Positions 1-12,594 of a stretch of DNA of 64,000 nt are shown here, one piece after another. The notes beneath the pieces were generated by a model. It did not search any database. It saw only the letters and a program-made list of their open reading frames with translations, and had not been told where the DNA came from. The stretch is from Hypanus sabinus (taxonomy: Eukaryota). Made by a program: the position numbers and the translations under genes. Every line of letters begins with the position of its first letter. Positions within the stretch are counted from its first letter, which is position 1. Location of the stretch: positions 124,248,001 through 124,312,000 of the forward strand of contig NC_082707.1 of NCBI RefSeq assembly GCF_030144855.1, written 5' to 3'.

Positions 1-398
1 GCTGGAATTTAGAAGGATGAGATGAGATTTTATTGAAGCTTCTTAAATGTTGAAAGACAGAGTCCATGTGTAAAGGATGTTTCCCATGTTGGTCGAGTCC
101 AGGACAAGAGGGGTCAGCCTCAGGATAGAGGGGTGTCCATTTAAAACAGAGATGTGGAGAAATTTCTTTAGCCAGAGGGTGGTGAATTTGTGGAATTTGT
201 TACCACCAGCAGCTGTGGAGGCCAGGTTGTTGGGTGTATTTAAGGCGGAGATTGATAGGTTCAAGATTGGACACGGCTTCAAAGGTTATGGGGAGAAAGC
301 CGAGGAATGGGGTTGAGGAGGGGAAAAATTCCCATGATTGAATGGCAGAGCAGACTCAATAGCCAAATTGCCTAATTCTGCTCCTGTGTCTTATGGTT
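1..398 (+). mobile_element. CR1 LINE 3' end (ORF2 C-terminus and 3'UTR)
   Basis: Translates to ESRTRGVSLRIEGCPFKTEMWRNFFSQRVVNLWNLLP, the typical CR1 ORF2 C-terminus, and ends in CCTAATTCTGCTCCT..TCTTATGG. Confidence 0.9.
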
Positions 399-421
399 AA
401 GTTTCAAACAGAAATATTTTC

Positions 422-855
422 CCAGCTTTTAGCTTATGTATTTTGAGAGGACCGGAAGTGACGGCATTGATGAATACTTATTTTTGTGAGATATTATAAA
501 CAGCCCGCTTTTTTTTTCCTTCTCTTTTTTTTGTTTTTTTTCTTTTATATTACTTATTAGTTATAGTTATTAGATTAGATTAGCTAGTTCTGCATTATAT
601 AAAAAAATTTTTTTGTTTTTTTTCCTTTCTTTTTTCTGTTTTTTTTATATTATACATTATGAAATATTTAGATTTACTATGTCCATACATATATCTTATG
701 GCTTATGTCTTGGTAAACTCATATTGTAACTATTATGTATGCTTTTTTTTCATATGTAATGGAATGTGTATGTTGGTAATTTCTTTATCAATATATCATC
801 TGTATTCTGTCCATATTACTAATATTAATAAAAAGATTTAGAAAGAAAGAAAGAA
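422..855 (+). mobile_element. 5'-truncated non-LTR retrotransposon 3'UTR (probably L1/Tx1 clade) with a (GAAA)n tail
   Basis: T-rich UTR, AATAAA at ~827 and a (GAAA)n tail. Flanked by the 12-bp direct repeat AGAAATATTTTC (410-421 and 856-867). Confidence 0.7.
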
Positions 856-1009
856 AGAAATATTTTCAGTTGCACTCTTGTTAGAAAAGCTTCAGTGCAA
901 TCTTTTTGAAACAAAGCCCTTCCATGGTAAGCTGAAATCCACTGCATCTAGACACAACATCAATTAACACAGAGAAGATGAAAGGAGCTTTAAAGAGAAC
1001 TACTACCGG

Positions 1010-1125
1010 AAGCGTATGGTGGCGGTGGACAGATTAAGTTACCAGATGAGTAACCCAGAGGCCGACACTAATGATCCAAAGACGAGAGTTCAGATCCCAC
1101 CCTGCAAGCTGTGGCCACAGATGGT
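1010..1125 (+). mobile_element. Old tRNA-derived SINE head; related fragments at ~2275-2430, ~41625-41710 (-) and ~50880-50960
   Basis: B-box-like GTTCAGATCCC at 1088, preceded by an A-box-like GTGGCGGTGG. The same layout recurs in the other fragments. Confidence 0.5.
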
Positions 1126-2979
1126 TTTAGTCAATGAATTTACTTACAGAGGCAGCTTCTGCTACAACAATGAGACTTCAGCAGCTACCAGCACACAGCA
1201 AGATCCCACAGAGCAATGCAACAATAACTAAGTAATCTATTTTACTGATATTAATTGAGGAATACAGAATGCTTTTACTCTGATTACACTACGGCATCTT
1301 TTTAATGCTGCTCATGAGGGAAGATGGTGCTTTGGTTAAATGCCCCAGCAGAATCTGATGTACAGCTATTCACAGTGGAGCACTCCCTTTGTAATTAATC
1401 TCAAACACCAACCTTGGATAAGACTGATGGGTCTGCTGCAAGAGTCAGTATAAACTTACATGGCCTCTTGCTATGTCAAAAAGAAATAGGATAAATGCAA
1501 GAACCCTTCTGCCTAAGAATCAACCCAAGTACGTACTGATGCGATACCTGGAAAACAGTCAGGAAACGTGGCTTCATGCTCTCAATGCTCCAAGTCTGCT
1601 CCTTTAGATGGAACGGCCGACTCTGCCCGCTTCCCACACCAGATACATCCCTCATCAAAGGAGCCCGCAGTCTCACATGACGTCTCACTGACTCTAGGAC
1701 CATTGCCAGCGAGTTCGGTAGTAATGCGGTTGCCAGGAGACAAGGGAATGTGGGTGCAAGGTGGGTGCAGATGCATGCACAAGCATGATTGGTGGTGGGG
1801 AAGAGACTGTGCAAGTGTAAGAGCATGTGCTTTTCACACCATGAGGAACAGTCAAAATAATCTGAACCCCTCCAAATATTACTCTCGTTTTCCCTCACAG
1901 GCAGTCTGCTGCCTATTTGAATGATCATCCTACACTTAAAATATGATGTTTTTATGTCTAAATACCACTATACTCAGGGCACCAGGCTTCCTGTGGCAGT
2001 CACAGCACTATCAAGACCTCTGCCTCCCACATCTTACCAACTGTTTACATATTCTCTCTCCAGTCCCAGTCCTCAACACATCTGCTCATAACCGAGCAAA
2101 TCCGTACACTCCTGCAACAAAGGCCATTATCTAGCTTACGATTTTGGGAAGAGCTGGCCTACTCCCTCAATAGTCCAAAGTATCCCTTTTAAATATTAAT
2201 CTAATTCCAAAGAAATTTCATGTCACTTAAGCCAGTGATGGTAAATTCTATTCTGAGCTTTAAAGAAATACAGATGCAATCCAGTGGTTAATTTCCAGAC
2301 CTTCACAGGCAAATTAGAGTGGCAAATTCAGATACCACATGGAGGTTGTCGAATGCAAATTCAGTTAATCTCAAATTTAAATAGAAGTCAACAATGATGA
2401 TGGCAATGAAACTACTCAGTTTTGATAACTTAACCACCCCCCCCCCTTGAATAGCTGAGCAAACTATTCACTTTATCCAGAAAGAGGATAAAGTCAGATG
2501 GGCCTTCGGCTGTGCTGGCAGCCATGAGTGTACAATGGTGAGGAGATGACTGAAAGTTAAGGTTCACTGACAAAGTCTTCCTGAGAAACATCTGGTCAGA
2601 GTCACAGAACACTACAGAAAAAGAACAAGTCCCCTTTGCCCACTTAGTCTGTGCTGCAATTATCAATGACTTGCACACAGATCATAGCTCTCCATACACC
2701 TCCCATCGTACACACATCCAAGTTTTTCACAAGTGTTGAAATTAACCCCAGATACACCACCTGTACTGGCAGCTCATTCCATACTCTCAGGACTCTCAGA
2801 ATTGTGGTAACTTCTACTTTACAAAAAGACCACTCGACAACTTGATGGCCAAAAGGGCATCTTTATCTGGGATGGCAAATGATATTTACAATACAGAGGC
2901 TTCCAGGTACCTCGTGCGGCATGGGTGGAGGAATTAAATACAATGCATACTGGGAGTAAAAAGAGTGGAAGTAAAAGAC

Positions 2980-3190
2980 TGTAGCGATGTGCCATACACA
3001 GCGCTGAAATAACGACACGCAGTTGGTAAGTCGTTTCGAGACTAGTTTATTCAAACTTCGCGGCGCTGGCATTTAATCCCTAGCGCCCACCCTCTCCGGG
3101 CGGAAATGACATCATGGTGCATTACCAAAGTCTCCCCCTGCGCTGGCTATTTGTGAGCCAGTTCGCCTGCACAGAAAGTGGGTCACCACA
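2980..3190 (-). mobile_element. Solo LTR (Gypsy-like), young
   Basis: TGTAGCGA...TCACCACA termini (TG..CA), 4-bp TSD AGAC (2976-2979 / 3191-3194), AATAAA on the minus strand (~3046-3051), and retained CpGs. Confidence 0.85.
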
Positions 3191-3574
3191 AGACTCCGCC
3201 AACCCCGGATCCCGCCTCTTGCTACCAACAGCTTCCCGACTAGTATTAATTTACTTTTAATAACACTCACAGTACAACAGGAATGAAGCAGCTCCACCTC
3301 ATGTTCCCCTTAAACCTTTCACCTTTAACCCGTGACCTCTCACCTCAACCTGTGGGGAAAAAGCCTGCTTGAATTTAGCCTATCTATACCTCTCATAAAT
3401 TTCTATACTATTAAATTTCCCCTCAATCTTCTATGTTTTAGGAATAAAGTCCTAGTCTATTAAGCACTTCCTTGTAACTCAGGTCCTCAAGTCCCAGCAA
3501 CATCCCTGTAAATTCTCCCTGCACTCTTTCAATCTTATTGACATCTTTCCTGTAGGTAGTAACCAAAACCATCC

Positions 3575-4980
3575 ACTGTGATGAAGTGAGAGGTTGGTGA
3601 TGAAACACATCAACTCCTGCCTGAGAAGCGACTTGGATCTGCTCCAATTTGCCGACCGGTACAAGACAATAGCAGATGACATTTCATTGGCTCTGCACCC
3701 AACCCTGGAACATCTGGACTGCAAAGATGCATACATCAGGATGCTCTTTATTGACTACAGCTCAGCATTCAATACTTCAAATTTAATGAATAAACTTCAA
3801 GATCTTGGCCTCAAAATGTGCTTGTGCAATTATGTCCTCAATTTCCTCACTTGCAGACCCCCGTCAGTTCGGATTAGCAGCAACATCTCCACCACAATCA
3901 TCATCAGGACAGGTGCACCAGAACGTTGTGTGCTTACCCTCCTGTTCCATTCCCTATACGATAATGACTACGTGGCAAAGCAAAGTTCCAATGCCATATT
4001 CAAGTTTGCTGATGACACCACTGTCATAAACCAAATCAAATCAGCATATAGGAGGGAGACCGTAAGTCTGGTCGAGTGGTGCCATATCACCAACCTCTTA
4101 TTTGATGTTAGCAAGACCAAGGAGCGGATTATTGGCTTTAGGAGGAGAAAATGGTAGACCAGGAACCAGAACCAGAACCAGAACTCATCAGGGAATCAGA
4201 GGTGGGGAAGGTCAACAACTTTAAATTCCTCTGTGTTATCATTTTAGAGGACCTATCCTGAGCCAAGCAAGAATTACAAAGAAGACACGGTAACGCCAGT
4301 ACTTCCTTAGAAGTTGGTGAAGATTCTGCTTGACATCCAAAACTTTGACAATCTTTTATAGATATGTGGTGGAGAAGTGACTGTATCACAGCCTGATATG
4401 GAAACACCAATATAATTTAACAGAAAATCCTACAAGGATGTGGAGGATATGGACCTGTCCATCATGGTAAAGCACTGACAGCATTGAACACACTTACACA
4501 GAGCACTGTTCCAGAAAAGCTGCATCCATAATCAGGGAACCCCAGCACCAAGGTCATGCTCCTTTCATGGTGCTGACATCAGGAAGGTGGTACAGGACTT
4601 CTCAGGACTCACATCGCCAGCTCTAATTGTTATTTCTCAACCATCAGGCTCTTGAAACAGAGGGGATAACTTCACTCAGTATCACTTGCCTGTTCATTGA
4701 ACTGTTCCACAACCTCTGGACTCAGCTTCAAGGACTCTTCATCTCATGTTCTCAACTTTACTGCTTATTTGTTTAGTATTAATATTATTTCTTTTTTTTT
4801 CCTTCTTTCTGTATTTACAGGCTGTTAGCTTTTGCACACCGGTTGACCACCCTGTAGGTGCAATCTTTTATCGATTCTATTGAGGTTATTGGACATATAC
4901 TGAGTATGCCCGCAAGAAATGAATCCCAGGGTTGTAAATGGTGATATACATGTACTCTGATAACAAATTTACTTTAAACT
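3575..4980 (+). mobile_element. Rex1/Babar-type LINE, 5'-truncated, nested in the CR1
   Basis: ORF 3594-4157 LDLLQFA..ISLALH..LEHLD..YIRMLFIDYSSAFNT...IFKFADDTTV is a Rex1-type RT. 3' tail ATAACAAATTTACTTTAAACT; CR1 sequence resumes at 4981. Confidence 0.9.
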
Positions 4981-5383
4981 TATACAACTTCAACAAAACT
5001 CACGTACTCAATACATTGACTTACAAAGGCCAATGCACCAAAAGCTTTCTTTACAACTCTAACTACCAGTGACAACACTTTCAAGGAATGATGGATCTGT
5101 ATTGCCAGATCCTCCTGTTCTACCACACTCCTCTGTGCTCGACTGCTCACCGTGTAAGGTCTACCCTGGTTGGTCATCCCAACCTCACACCTCACACTTG
5201 TGTGCATTAGATTCCATCTCCCATTTTTCAGCTGGGTCCATATCCTGCTGCAAGCTTTGATAGTCTTCCTTGCTGTCCACTACACCCCCAACCTTGTTGT
5301 CATTCACAAATTTGCTGATCCAGTTAATCACATTATCATCCAGATCATTGATATAGATGACAAACAACATTGGACCAGGCACT

Positions 5384-5566
5384 CACAAAATGCTGGAGGA
5401 TCTCAGCAGGCCAGGCAGCATCTATGGAAAAAAGTACAGTCGATGTTTCAGGCCAAAACGTCAACTTCAACTGTACTTTTTCCCATAGATGCTGCCTGGC
5501 CTGCTGAGTTCCTCCGGCATTTTGTGTGTTGCTTGGATTTCCAGCATCTGCAGATTTTCTCTTGTA
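5384..5566. mobile_element. Penelope pLTR-derived fold-back (hairpin) element
   Basis: Arm CACAAAATGCTGGAGGATCTCAGCAGGCCAGGCAGCATCTATGG... and its reverse complement ...CCATAGATGCTGCCTGGCCTGCTGAGTTCCTCCGGCATTTTGTG. Imperfect 13-bp TSD TGGACCAGGCACT / TGGACCCAGCACT. Confidence 0.75.
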
Positions 5567-7435
5567 TGGACCCAGCACTGATCCCTGTAGCACTTCACTA
5601 GTCACAGGCCTCCAGTCAGAGAGGCAACCATCTAGAATCAACCACTGGCTTCTTCCACAAAGACAACGTTTAATCCAATTTACTACCTCATCTTGAATGC
5701 CAAGTGACTGAACTTCTTGACCAATCTCCCATGCAGGACCTTGTCAAAGGCCTAGTTAAAGTCCATGTAGACAACATATACTGCCTTGCCTTCATCCACT
5801 TTCCCTGGCAATTTCCTTGAAAATCTCTGAGATTAGTTGGACACAACTTACCGTGCACAAAGCCACATTACTATCCATAATCAGACTTTATCTATTTAAA
5901 TATTTATATATCCTATCCTTTAGAATACCTTCCAGTGACTTTCCCACTCCTGATGCCAGGCTCATTGGCCTATAATTTCCTGGCTTATTCTTAGAACTTA
6001 TCCTAAACAACAGAACTACACTGACTACGCTCCAATCACCCACAGCTAAGGATGCTTCAAATATCTGTTAGAACCCCTGCAATTTCTGAATTGGCCTCCA
6101 ACATGGTCCAAGAGAACACACTGCCAGGCCTTCGGGATTTATCTACCCTAACCTGACTCAGATGGCAAACACTTCCTCCTCTCGAGTCCATGACCTTGTT
6201 GTTGCATTGCCTCAACATCTATAGACTCTGTCCATCTCCTGAGTAAATAGAGGTGCGAAGGATCTCCCCCAACTCTTTCTGATCCATGCACTGATTACCA
6301 CTCTGATCTTCCTTGTTCTCCTTTTGCTCTTGATATATCTGTAGTAACTCTTGAGTTTCTCCTTCACCTCATCTGCCCGAGCAACCTCATATCTTCTTTT
6401 AGGTCTCCTGATTTCCTTAAGTGTCGCTGACATTTCTTATACCCAAGTACCTCCTTTGTTCCTACTTGCCTATACCTGCCCTGAAACAACAGCCTTTATT
6501 CTTAACCAGGGCCTCTATACTTCTTGAAAACCAAGGTTCTTTAAAACAGCTATACAAAATACTTGTTGTAACAGGAATATACAACTCTCAGCTCTCAAAA
6601 TTTCACTTTTGAAAGTCTCCCACTTACCAAGTACACCTTTGCCATAAAACAGCCTGTCCCAATCTACACTTGCCATATCTTTTCTGATACCATCAAAATT
6701 GCTCTTTCTTCAATTTAGAAACTCAATCTAAGGACCAGACCTATCCTTTTCCCCAATCGCTTTGAAACTAACAGCATTATGACCACTAGGTGACCACAAA
6801 CTTCTGTCTCATTCTCTAAAAGGAGATCTAGTATCACACTCTGTGTAGTTGGGGTTTCTATGTACTGATAAAAGAAATCTTTCTGAACACATCAAACAAT
6901 CTCTTTCCCATCCAGCCCTTTTACAGTATGGGAATCCCAGTCAGTATGTGGAAAGTTAAAAATCACTTACTATCACATCCTTAATCTTTCTTGTAACAGT
7001 CTGCAATCTCCCTACAAATTTTCTCCTCTAAATCCTATGGACTGTTAGGTGATCTAAAATATAATCCTTTTAACATGGTCATACCTTTCTTATTCATTAG
7101 TCCTACCCATAAAGCCACACTAGGTGAGCTCTACCATCTGTCCTGATTAAGCACTGCTGTGACATTTTCCCTGACTAGGAATGCTGCCCCTCCCCCTTAA
7201 ATCCTCCCACTCTATCACATCTAAAACAGAACACCAGACCATTGAGTTGCCAGTCCTGCCCCTCCCACAAACCAAGTCTGATAGCTACAATGTCATAATT
7301 TCACCTGCTAATCCACACCCTAAACTAATCCGCTTTTCCTACAATACTCCTTGCATTAAGATATACACAACTCAGAACTTTAGTCCCACCCTACTCCACC
7401 TTTTTATCCTGATTTTGTATGTTGGCTTAACAATA

Positions 7436-9171
7436 GACAGTAGGTGCAGGAGTAGGCCATTCAGCCCTTCTAGCCAGCACCACCATTCACTGTGATCATG
7501 GCTGATCATACACAATCAGTATCCCGTTCCTGCCCTCTCCCCATATCCCTTGACCCTGCTATCTATAAGAGTTCTATCTAACTCTCTCTTGAAAGCATCC
7601 AGCCTTCTGGGGCAGAGCATTCCACACATCCACCTCTCTCTAGGTGAAAAAGTTTTTCCACATCTCTGTTCTAAATGGCCTACTCCTTATTCTTAAACTC
7701 CGGCCTCTAGTTCTGGACTCACCCATCAGCAGGAACATGCTTCCTGCCTCCAGTGTGTCCAATCCCTTAATAATCTTATATGTTTCAATCAAATCTCCTC
7801 TCATACTTCTAAATTCCAGTGTATACAAGCCCAGTCGCTCCAATCTTTCAACATATGACAGTCCTGCCATTCCGGGAATTAACCTTGTGAACCTAAACTG
7901 CACTCCCTCAATAGCAAGAATGTCCTTCCTCAAATTTGGAGACCAAGATTGCACACAATACTCTAGGTGGGGTTTCACCAGGGCCCTGTACAGCTGCAGA
8001 AGGACCTCTTTACTCCTATACTCAATTCCTCTTGTTATAAATGCCAGTATGCCATTAGCTTTCTTCATTGCCTGCTGTACCTGCATGCTTGCTTTCATTG
8101 ACTGATGTACAAGAACACCTAGATCTCATTGTAATTCCCCTTTTCCTAACTTGACTCCATTTAGATAGTAATCTGCCTTCCTGTTCTTGCCACCAAAGTG
8201 AATAACCTCACATTTATCCACATTAAACTGCATCTGCCATACATTTGCCCACTCACCTAGCCTGTCTAAGTCCCCCTACATTCTCATAACATCCTCCTGA
8301 CATTTCACACTGCCACCCAGCTTTGTGTCATCAGCAAATTTGCTAATGTTACTTTTAATCCCTTCATCTAAATCATTAATGTATATTGTAAACAGCTGTG
8401 GTCCCAGCACCGAACCTTGCGGTACATTCCGAAAGGGAACCATTAATCACTACTCTTTGTTTCCTGTCAGCCAGCCAATTTTCAATCCATGTCAGTACTC
8501 TGCCCCCAATACCATGTGACCTAATTTTGCCCACTAATCTCCTATGTGGGACTGTATCAAAAGCTTTCTGAAAGTCCAGGTACACTACATCCACTGGCTC
8601 TCCCTTGTGAATTTTCTTAGTCACATCCTCAAAAATTTTCAGAAGATTAGTCAAGCATGATTTTCCCTTCGTAAATCCATGCTGACTCGGACTGATCCTT
8701 CTACTGCTATCCAAATGTGTCGTAATTTCCTCTTTTATAATTGACTCCAGCATCTTTCCCACTACTGACATCAGGCTAACCGGTCTATAATTCCCTGTTT
8801 TCTCTCTTCCCTCCTTTCTTGAAAAGTGGGACATTAGCCACCCTGCAATCCACAGGAACTGATCTTGAATCTATAGAACATTGGAACATGATTACCAATG
8901 CATCCACAATTTCTAAAGCCACCTCCTTAAGTACCCTGGGATGCAGACCATCAGGTCCCAGGGACTTATCAGCCTTCAGACTCAACAGTCTATCCAACAC
9001 CGTTTCTTGCCTAATATAAATTTCCTTCAGTTCATCCTTTACCCTAGTTCCTTTGGCCACTATTACATCTGGGAGATTGATTGTGTCTTCCCTAGTGAAG
9101 ATAGATCCAAAGTACCTGTTCAATTCATCTGCCATTTCCTCGTTCCCCATAATAAATTCACCCGTTTCTGT
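7436..9171 (-). mobile_element. Younger CR1 LINE, 5'-truncated (RT domain), nested in the older CR1
   Basis: ORFs GPDGLHPRVLKEVA, GNYRPVSLMSVVGKMLE...SQHGFTKGKSCLTNL...VVYLDFQKAFDTVPH and LYRALVKPHLEYCVQSWSP. Flanked by TTAACAATA at 7427-7435 and 9195-9203. Confidence 0.93.
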
Positions 9172-9974
9172 CATTTTCGTTTCCGTTTCGCCCGTTAACA
9201 ATATCTTTCCCCACAACCATTCCACTATCTGTTCTGGCGCACTGGTGGCATCCCCCTGCATCTTTACCTTAATCCCCGCCTCACCGTGCAACACTAGAAA
9301 ACCTTCCCACTAGGAAAGTAGTCCCCCTCCAGTTCATGTGTAAACCGTCGCTTCTGCACAGGTCCTACCTTCCCTGGAAGAGAGCCCAATGATCCAAAAT
9401 TTGGAAGCCCTCAATCTGGCAGTCCCACTTCTCTAAATGTGCAATAAGAGTAAGAAAAAAAAATCAACCTATGGCCTGCATCTGTCCTCTCATAAGCCTC
9501 AATGTGCCAAAGCCTCAACTACCCACTCCAACACCAAGGCCACTCTGCTTAAATCTAACTTCTTTGTAACGGTACTTGCCAAGTACCTAATTATGCACAA
9601 TCTAATGTCTCCTTGGGGACAGTGGTGCACAAAACATGCCAACTGCACCCACTCAGTTCTTTAGAATTCTCTCTCCCTTGATGCAATCCTGTCTCTCCTC
9701 GGGGCTGTGGGGCCGGTGACCTCACGGGTAAAGCAGACAAGTCACAGCCCAATAGAATCACAATATGCCCTTCCCACAGTTGGAGGGAGCAGCCACAGGC
9801 ACTCTCAACTCTGCAGTCCATTCAATGTCTCATGGCGTCAAATGACATTTGGGTGAGGTAGCCTCCTTCCAATTACCGGTGGTTGTCCTCCCTCAGCTGA
9901 TGATAAGACATCAGTCCTCCATGTTAAGCAGCACAGAATGTATTCTGGAATTCCAGAATGGCAGCACTTTGTCA

Positions 9975-10626
9975 GACTACTGTTTATTGATTACAGTTCT
10001 CTGCCTTCCATTCAATTACCCAAGCAAAATCATCACCAACCTCTGACCCTGGGAGTTATGCCTCCCTCTTCAATTAGACCCTTGACTTTCTGAGCAACAG
10101 ATCCCACCTACCTCAGAAGCTTCCTCTTCTGCCCTCTGCCATTAGGCATGAGATACAAAAGGCTGAAAGCACATGCAACCAGCCTCAAGGACAGTTTCCA
10201 ACCCAGTGCTATCCGGTTCTTGAATACAACAAGATGGGGAGGTGGCCTCACAATCTAGCTTGTTATAATCAGGCACATTACCGTTTATCTACACTGTATT
10301 TTATCGTTAGCTTTTGCACTTTATTGTGTGTTATTACTGTTTTACCTGACTCTAGCTCAGTGTACTGTGTAACAACGTGATCCACATGAACACTATGCAA
10401 AACCAGCTTTTCACTGGCACTTGCTACACCTGACAACAATAAGACAACAGCAGTTTGTTATCATCCACACACTGGTTGAACACCCAAATTGGTGCGGTCT
10501 TTCATTGATTCTATTATGATTATTATCCTATAATGGATTTACTGAGTATGCCCGCAAGAAAATGAATCTCAGGGTTATATATGCTGACATACATGTACTC
10601 TGATAATAAATTTACTTTGAACTTGA
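9975..10626 (+). mobile_element. Cluster of Rex1/Babar-related fragments and 3' tails
   Basis: LFIDYSSAF-like DNA at ~9980-10015. The tail at 10465-10626 is near-identical to 4835-4980. Confidence 0.65.
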
Positions 10627-11169
10627 ATATATTCCACATCTCAATGTTTGGGTTAAATGCTAAACTCAACCTGACAACCACCCTATCAAGACCCTTGAGG
10701 ATCCTTTATTCCAATCACCTCCTCTCTCAGTTTTGCATTCTGGTAGACGCAAGCCCAGCCTGTCTGACCTTCACCCACAAGACAATTGCTCATTCCAGAT
10801 ACTAGCCTGGGAAATCACCTTGTAACTTTGCAGCTCGTTAACACACGTACTTAAATAAAATCTAATTGTGTAGACAATTAATCCTGCAGTTTTGTCAACC
10901 TTTATGACTGAAGTCCAACTTCGCTCTTTTTGTATTCAATTCCCCAAACAATAACTGATAATATTGTTATCTTTCCTAATTACTTTCTGTAACAACATAG
11001 AAATTTCTGGTGAATCATGCACTCAGTGACACAGATCCCTCTGCATCTTTGAACTCTGCAATTTCTCACTGCTTAGATATTAAGGGACTTTATATTTCCT
11101 GCAAAAGGTGGAGAGCTTCATTATATTCCATTTGCCAGATCTTCATCTTCTCCCTTTACTGTCTTACTC

Positions 11170-11660
11170 ACTTTACGAGAGGAGATTTACTAGGATGTTG
11201 CCTGGTTTGGAGAGCAAGTCATATGAAGCAAGGTTAGCAGAGCTGGGACTTTTCTCTTTGGGGCGTAGAAGAATGAGAGGGGACTACAAGATTGAGGTCT
11301 ACAAGATTATGAGAGGCATAGATAGGGTGGATAGTCAGCACCTGTTTCCCAGGACACCAATAGCAAACACCAGAGGGCATAGGTACAAAATTAAGGGAGG
11401 GAAGTTTAGGGGAGACATCAGGGGTAAGTTTTTTTTTACACAGAGGGTTGTGAGTGCCTGGTATGACTTGCCAGGGATGGTGATGGAGGCTAAACCTTTA
11501 GGGGTATTTAAGTGCCTCTTGAACAGGCACATGGGTGAAAGAAAAATAGAGGGTTATGGGGTACTGTGGGTTTAGTACTTTTTTTAAGGATTATATGGGT
11601 CAGCACAACATGGAGGGCTGAATGGCCTGTACTGTGCTATAGTGTTCTGAGGTTCTATAT
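11170..11660 (+). mobile_element. CR1 LINE 3' end
   Basis: RRFTRMLPGLESKSYEARLAELGLFSLGRRRMRGD...FFTQRVVSAW in ORF 11108-11575. Confidence 0.9.
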
Positions 11661-12594
11661 GTATGATTGTCTGAATGGAGATCCTAACTGGATATATCAC
11701 GGCCTGGTACAGAAACGTCAATACCCAGGAACAAAAAAGACTGCAAAGTGGTGGATACAGCCCAGTCCATCACAGGCAGAACCCTCTCCACCACTGTGCA
11801 CATTTACACAAAGCACTGCCACAAGGCAACAGTATCCATCCACCGTGAAAGACCCACAACATCCAGGCCACGCCTTCTTCCATCAAAGATGGTGGTAAGG
11901 TGTTCTTTACTTTGCTAAATGTGTTTTTATTATTGTAAGACTGTCCTGGACTCCAAGAACTATGGGTACAGCAGGTCTTCCTCATTAGTGATCACTATTC
12001 AGAGCAGCCAGAGAGGGAGTCGGAGGAGCCAGATTGGGTTTGGAGGAGCTGGCCTGGGTGAAAGACTGTGCTACTCAAAGGCATCAGAGTTGGCGCGTGA
12101 AAGCGGTGTGCAGTGTAACTGTGAGTGACTGCCTCACAAGACCTAGTTGGACACTGATAATGTTAAGATGACGCAGGGCTATTTCCCTTGTTTGGTGGTG
12201 TGACAGGCAGCAAGGCATCAGTGTGTCCTTAGCAGCAGTGAGAACTAGGCCTTAAGCCGTGAGCTTGTCTTCTGCTGCAGTACAGGTGGGGAAACGCCGG
12301 TGGCAGTGTAGCGTGGCATCCATGCTCAGTAGTGGGCTGGCCTCTCCCATCGGTGCTAGCCTCCCAGTGGAATGACAGGCTGAATTACTCGGAACTGTAC
12401 CATTAATTTGCGGAGCGTGCAGCTCAAAGTCTTGGACTGTATATGTGCTTTCTTGCATGATTATGTTTTTTTTTGGTCTTGTTATTTTTGAATGTGCTGT
12501 GTATGTTTTGCTCCTTGGCCCCTGTGGAGCGCTGTCTCATTTGGCTGTATCCACACATGGTTGAATGATAATTAAACATGATTTGATTTCTGCA

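Larger units (their letters stand above)
3296..9420 (-). mobile_element. Long decayed CR1 LINE (ORF2 RT and endonuclease, plus ORF1 esterase remnant) interrupted by three later insertions
   Basis: Minus-strand fragments YRKDVNKIERVQGEFTGML (3438-3560), FVIYINDLDDNVINWISKFVNDNKVGG (5185-5382) and KEIRRPKRRYE (6212-6433). ORF1-like EGFQILDHWALFQGR..DGLH.NWRG at ~9310-9412. Confidence 0.85.
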
